The translations under genes and the position numbers were made by a program. Shown in pieces: positions 58,365 through 64,000 of a stretch of DNA of 64,000 nucleotides (positions are counted from its first letter, which is position 1; each line of letters begins with the position of its first letter). The stretch comes from Vicugna vicugna (taxonomy: Eukaryota). The stretch is taken from contig MU060796.1 in NCBI GenBank assembly GCA_013265495.1, positions 1,059,104 to 1,123,103 on the forward strand. The letters run 5' to 3'. The notes below the pieces were generated by a model. It saw only the letters and a list, made by a program, of their open reading frames with translations, was not told the DNA's origin and ran no database searches.

Positions 58365-58905
58365 ACAGATGCTTCTCTGATTACTTTCTCCTACTTCTCT
58401 CCCCCAAGCTCACTCCACGCAAGTCACACTGCCCTCTGCCCTGCTCCTTGAACACATCAAGTGTATTTGCACCTCAGGACCTTTGCACCTACTGTTCCCT
58501 GCCTCAGATATCCACACAGCTTCCTCATTCCATCCAGATCTCTGCTCAAAGGTCACCAAATCAGAGCACCCTTTCCTGATCCTCTATCTAAGTACTAACC
58601 AAGCCTGACCCTGCTTAGCTTCCACAATCAGACAAGATCAGGCATGTTCAGGGTGGTATGGCTGTAAATCCGCTCCCCTATCTAAATCATCCCTCCCAAT
58701 CACTCTGTTCCTTTAACCTGCTTTGTTTTTCTTCTTAGCATGTATCACTGCCTCCTGACCTATTCTTTGTTTACTGTCTCCCCACATAGAAATGTAAACT
58801 CCACAGGAGCAGGAACTTTGTTCACTGCAGGATCAGAGCCTGGAACAATGCCTGGCCTGCCATGAACATTCAAGATAAACATGTTGAATAAATGAATGAA
58901 CCATC
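58365..58905 (+). mobile_element. L2 3' portion (hosts the 5S retrocopy)
   Basis: CCTCAGGACCTTTGCACCTACTGTTCCCTGCC...CAGATCTCTGCTCAAAGGTCACC...AATGTAAACTCCACAGGAGCAGG...TTGAATAAATGAATGAA. Confidence 0.88.
58591..58669 (-). pseudogene. 5S rRNA retropseudogene, nt 1-79, 3'-truncated, inserted in an L2 relic
   Basis: Reverse complement ATTTACAGCCATACCACCCTGAACATGCCTGATCTTGTCTGATTGTGGAAGCTAAGCAGGGTCAGGCTTGGTTAGTACT aligns without gaps to mammalian 5S rRNA nt 1-79. All 7 CpGs are decayed. Flanked by a 12-bp TSD (11/12 identical). Confidence 0.93.
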
Positions 58906-59899
58906 CATTAAGAAAGTAAAAGCAACCCCTTCAGTAATTACCACCACAACACTGGGAAAACAAGCTCCTTGTCCCATTCCCCTCCCCATCCAGTCTGCGG
59001 GCCCCCACAGTGTGGGGTGGACATCTCCAGTCACCCCATCTTTATCAAAGTCTCAGGGAAATTATGGACATTGGTCTCCCAGAGAAGGTCCCCATCTAGG
59101 CTAGGGGAAGAATGGTTTTTCTAATGAGCCAAACACATTCCTTGACATACCCAGGCACTCAAAGTCATTATCCTGAACCTAGAGCCCTGTGTTCAGACCT
59201 TGAGCCGAGGGATCCAAAGGTTCCCCCGGGCCCATCCCTGTCCCGAAGAAGCTTGAAAAGCCCACCATTCCATCTTTGGGAAGGAAGCCACTGTTTCTGC
59301 CAGGGGCTCTCCCAGTCCTGGAGAACCCCCAGCTGTCCCGACTTCCTATCCTCTCAGGAGACCCAGAAACAAGCCCAGTGAAGCCGGGTTAACTGCTTCT
59401 GGGTCACCCTCATAAATCACGCCCAGGGATAGAAAGCCTTTAGAGAACTGGGGCTCTGAGGTCAGAGGGATCCCAGAAATGCTGAATCCATAAGGGCTCT
59501 GAGAAGTTCTGTAAAGGAGCTTGGTTTGATTGTTTATCTCAACCTTTTCTCAATGAACTTGACCACAGAGCCCTTCTCTCCTCTTCTTTTGCCCATTGAA
59601 CTCTAAAACATGGGAACATTCTTGGAAACTCATAGCAAAGTTTGAGAAATGCTGGTTCCAATCCAAACCTTCACTTCTGCCCAAGGTCACAGAGCTGGGA
59701 CTAGAAGCCAGACTTCCCAGCTCCCAGTCCTATCTTTTCATTATTAACCTTCGTTTTTTGATGCCCACAGATAGGAGACACTGTACTAGATGCAGAAGAG
59801 GATAAATGTGCCATGTTTCCCAGAATTCATCCTTGAGAACGGTGGAAGTAGGGAGACACGTGTGACTCTTCCTGCAGCTCTGTGACCAGCTCTGTATCC

Positions 59900-60125
59900 A
59901 CCAGCACTGATTGAGCACTTACTATATACAATATATATATGCCCACTGCTTCCCACACATCAGCTCTTTTCACAGGACACTAGCCGAGCGAGGAAATGCC
60001 ATTTTCCAAACGGGGAAACTGAGGCTTGGCAAGGTTAACAGACTTGCCCAGGACCACATAGCTAGAAAGACTTGGAGTCTAGATTTGCTGTCTGACTTCA
60101 GAGCCCACATTCTCAGCCTTGGGAC
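59900..60125 (-). mobile_element. MIR SINE
   Basis: TTGAGCACTTACTAT...GGGGAAACTGAGGCTTGGCAAGGTTAACAGACTTGCCCAGGACCACATAGCTAG. Confidence 0.8.
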
Positions 60126-61140
60126 CAACTGCCTCTCACTAGTCTCCGCTGGAGCCTCCCTGCCCACTAAAGTCAAGAGCTTTGCGAACACCGCTTAGTA
60201 AACTTTCTCCAGGGTCTGCAAATGACCAAATCAGGGAGGCTGCAGCTTTTCTCAACTTCACATCCTTTGATATGTTCCAGGGGAGAGGGGTTTTGGGGTT
60301 GGTGACTGGGCCAGAGTTGGGGCTTGTTCTGAAGATCCAATCTCCAGGCCTGTGGCTGTGCGCCCATTAAAAAAACCGGCGCAGGAGGGGGAGGAAAGAA
60401 CACTGTTCTCTGGGCTCCACACCTGCAAGGCTGTCCTCATGGCCTCACTGCTTTGTTTTCTCTCTTCTAGTAAAATGAGCTTCTCTGACAACCTCCTGGC
60501 ATGGAACCCTGCAGTAGGAAGATTGATACCCCTGTAAATCAGCAGAGTTCAGTCTAACAAGTAATCATGTGATTGCAACAAGCGCTGTCAGAGAGGAGGC
60601 CTGGCCAGTAGTTGCTCTGTTTGCCCAACACGCAGCCGCAGTGCCGTGTGCTTTGTAGATGCTGTTTCTGGGGTTTTTTTTCCCAACCAAAACAAATGCT
60701 CAAAATTCATGAAAAATAAAATAAAATACAGCCCCTACTGGAAGTAAATTTTGCCTCACCTGCTGTCCTCTCATCTCAGCTGAATGAATGTAATTGTCAC
60801 GAGACAGTGGGTGCGCAGGGCTGCCGTGTTAAGTGCTCGGGTCAAGTGCAGGCAGGTAGGGTGGGAGGGGACAGGGGAAAGGTGGATCTGGGTCAGCTGC
60901 ATCCTCTCTCCTCCCTAAACCCCATGAGTCCAGATACCCTGCAGGAAAATGAGCTCCTCTGAGGCACAGTTCTCTAGTGGGCAGGAGAAGGACAGGTCAG
61001 AATAAACCCCTGTAGCTGTTACAGGGGCGAGGGTTAGCTGTTAAAACCCTACTGCGCTCTTACCATGTGCTTTGCACCATTCTAAGTCCTGTGTATCTTT
61101 CTGCTCCTTAATCTCGTGATGACTCCATGAGAATAAACTA

Positions 61141-61220
61141 TTAGGATGAACCATATGTAATTGCCATTTATTGGCTGTTTCTGACCCACGCAGATGACAA
61201 TTTCATGTGGTTTGGTCTCA
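61141..61220. mobile_element. MADE2 mariner MITE inserted at a TA within a minus-strand MIR (about 61050-61340)
   Basis: TTAGGATGAACCATATGTAATTGCCAT...ATGACAATTTCATGTGGTTTGGTCTCA, 80 bp with terminal inverted repeats. Confidence 0.8.
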
Positions 61221-64000
61221 TTGTATCATCCCCATTTCACTGATGAGTAAATGGAGGTACAGAGAGGGGAAGTCCCTTCCTCAAAGTCCCAAGGTGATGG
61301 AGCCAGGATTCCAACCTGGGCAGTATGTGGTAGGAGACCCTGCTCTGAATCACTCCACTCGCCAGCTCCCACTGTAGACCATATTGCTATCGTTAACAGT
61401 CCTGCCCCTGGCCAGGCACTGGTAGGTTTTGCTTTGTAAGGGGGATGTGTGGTCTGACAGATCAAAGAAGAGCTGCCAGGAGCCTGACCCAACATAGGGC
61501 CAGTGGCCCAAGAAAGGAACTTCCTGATGCCTCCTCTAGGCAGCCCAAAGGATCTGTGGCCTCAGCTGGCTTTTTGACTAAAGACACATGTAGTTTCAAG
61601 CCCCTGGAGCTGCAAGCTAATGGTGGGAGTGGACACATCCACAGTTCATTATTGGTGGTGGATCACTCAGAGCAGGGGGACTGTGGGGGAACACGGACCA
61701 CATGCACTCTTTGAGGACAGTGTCCTCTGTAAACAAAGTCCCAGCATTTATGGGTGAGGGACACCAAAGCAACGTTCCTAACTTGAAATTTCCATCCAGC
61801 CAAAATCTACCAGCAACTTTCCTCCCATCCCAGAGGTTTCTAGATGGTGGGTAACTCCAGGCCGAGCCAAGGGCAAACCCCCAAACTACAGCCTTAAGAG
61901 TCCTTGGGTAACCACTGGGCCCAGATCCAAAGAGACACTGGGACCAGTACACTGGTCACTTTCAAATGCTCGCCCAGAATTGAATGATGAACCCAGGGAC
62001 TGGACCAGGGCTGGAGCCATGGGGGCAAAAAGCTGAGGGCTAGATGCACTTTTTATTACTATTATTTTCAACTCGACCAGCTTAGCAGTGGCAACCAGTA
62101 ACCAAGCCCCTAGAAGGAAGCCCTGTACTCGGCCCCTGGGATGGACAAGAGCTGTGAGCGGCTGTCTTTCCATCCGGGCATAAGTTAGTGAGCACAGATC
62201 CTTCAGACATTCCTTCCCCGTCCCCAAGGGATATCGGGCCCAGGAACTCTTATCTGATGCATCGCAGCCTCTCACTCCCACTCTCCACTCTCACCATTTG
62301 ATTTAATCATTAACACAAGGCCTTCGAAGGCAGGCCTGGTGGGCAGAGTCAAAAATGAAGGAAAACTGAAAATCCGCAGTTCTCCTTCTTTCTTCATTTT
62401 CTTCCCAGTTTTGGCAGGCAGAGGATGTGAGCAGGACTTCGGGCGTTAATATTTGAAGCGCTTTCCCTGGTAGCACCAGCTCCCCACGCCTCTGTCTTTT
62501 GTGCAAGTTTAATAAAAATAAATTTTGAATATCAATAAAGTACGTCCTATTTTTCTTGGCATGTCCCGGCCCCGCTCCATCCTTCTGTTGCAGAAGTCAT
62601 GCTATAGACAGATCACTTTTCCACAGATCATTGATGTGGTGCCACGAGGGCTGCAGATGATTTGCTAAAATGCTCCAAAGGTATTCAAATTTCTTTAAAG
62701 AAGAAATTCAATTTATGTGCATTTATATTACAATGTCTGTCAGGAAGAAAGGTTATAATCACCAGCATATTTTAGATTTACATTTTCTTCTGTACATGAG
62801 GTAATGGTATTAGAGGGAAACTCTGAAGCTGAGAGTTGAATTGGACGCATGGTCCTATTTTCATTGCTGCTAAAAGCAGGTTTTTGAAGTTCTTGAGGAA
62901 AGCATATGTTAGCATATGTTAGGGAAATAGCACGAACAGGCAGCTGGGTGGCTGGGAGTCTGAGACATTTGCCTTTCCTTCGGGCCTCTCCATGTGGGGC
63001 ATAGATAGGCTATGCCTCCACCCTTCAGGAAGCCATTTGGGGTTTCAGCACTTGACAGAGAGTCCAGAACACAGAGTCCAGGCTAGATGGGTGTGTTCCA
63101 AGGGCACTGTCCTTCCTCACCCTGGGAGTGCTCAGACAGCCAATGTGAGGATCCAGGGAGGGCAGGAAGGAGTAAACCACTAACTTACCCAGGAAGCAAT
63201 CCTGGATATTCTAAAATTACTTCCAGTGCTTTCTCCTGGGGGGCTGGGGGGATGCATCCATCATAGGTGCCCAGGAAGCTTTTAGCTTCAACTCTTTGAC
63301 CACCTGATAGACCAGTACAAGCAAAGTGGTGGCTGCTCCTGCTTCATGTGAACAAAAAGCTGGAGTCTCTGTTTCTTGTCTGAGAGCCAAAGCTGGTAAC
63401 AGGCAAAACTGGGATTTCAGTCCAGGAGGTTTGGTTCCATGAGCCACTGTGTTAATCCAGTTGCCTTGGGCCATCCAGGTGCAGACCACATTTAGGTTTC
63501 TTGAGCTATGCTCCCTAGACAAGGGTCTGCAGGAAGCGGAGTGGATGAATGTCCCTTAGTGATACTGACCAGGTCCACAGCATTTCACTCTTCCGCTCCA
63601 CAGTGGAGATGCGGACATCTGACCTCACTGCTTCCAAATCATGCATTAAAAAAGATTCAGTGAGGGAAAGAGGACAATGTTTCCTCAGCTTCTCTTCCAT
63701 GATTAAAAATATATATTTTATTTGATGTCTGTTTTTAATGTCACCATTTCTTTTATTGTGTTTCCTCCTAAAACAAAACTAATAACCTCTGAGTGTAGAA
63801 TATTTGGGAACTATGTAAAATACATAGGTAAGCTGGAAAAAAACCTTAAAATTAATTTTAGTTCTACTTCCTAGAGGTAACCATTGTTAACATTTTGGTA
63901 TACATCTTTTATATTTTATACACATCTATATTCTGGGTATAACATATTTTATTTGAATATATTTTCATAAAAGTAAAATCATACTAAATTGTTTCACTGA

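Noticed and set aside
58591-58669. Functional 5S rRNA gene
   Set aside because: Lacks the last approximately 40 nt including most of box C and the terminator, all CpGs are decayed, and it is a single copy with a TSD. Called a pseudogene instead.
1-64000. FTO, IRX5 or CRNDE exons, CRISPR arrays, tRNA genes, prokaryotic or viral inserts, or any second protein-coding gene
   Set aside because: None recognisable. The only tRNA-like sequence is the SINE, and the known obesity-associated FTO intron enhancer lies far outside this window in the human arrangement.

Overview
Mammalian (probably camelid) genomic window containing one protein-coding gene, IRX3 (Iroquois homeobox 3), on the + strand. It has 4 coding exons (21280-21546, 21715-22825, 23007-23073, 23506-23560) totalling 1500 nt, or 499 aa plus stop. 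The gene sits in a CpG-rich domain of about 8 kb (about 15.5-23.3 kb) inside a stretch of about 10 kb with no recognisable transposon. The homeodomain is hidden in a 251-N gap whose size keeps the reading frame. The rest of the window is gene desert: old repeats (MIR, L2, L1M, MLT1, hAT/mariner MITEs), a few younger L1 3' ends, one camelid-type tRNA-derived SINE, a 3'-truncated 5S rRNA retrocopy, microsatellites and six N gaps. Between the repeats are repeat-free blocks rich in homeodomain/SOX/TALE motifs that look like the conserved non-coding enhancers known around Irx clusters. I found no evidence for a novel protein-coding system, and all other ORFs in the track look spurious. The best leads are regulatory: an in-frame 9-codon uORF, stop codons at the last splice junction, two poly(A) signals flanking a Pumilio-site pair, a tailless 5S retropseudogene with a 12-bp TSD, and several candidate enhancers. 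Repeat family names, human IRX3 comparisons and motif calls were made by eye or from memory. Repeat boundaries are approximate and no conservation was computed.
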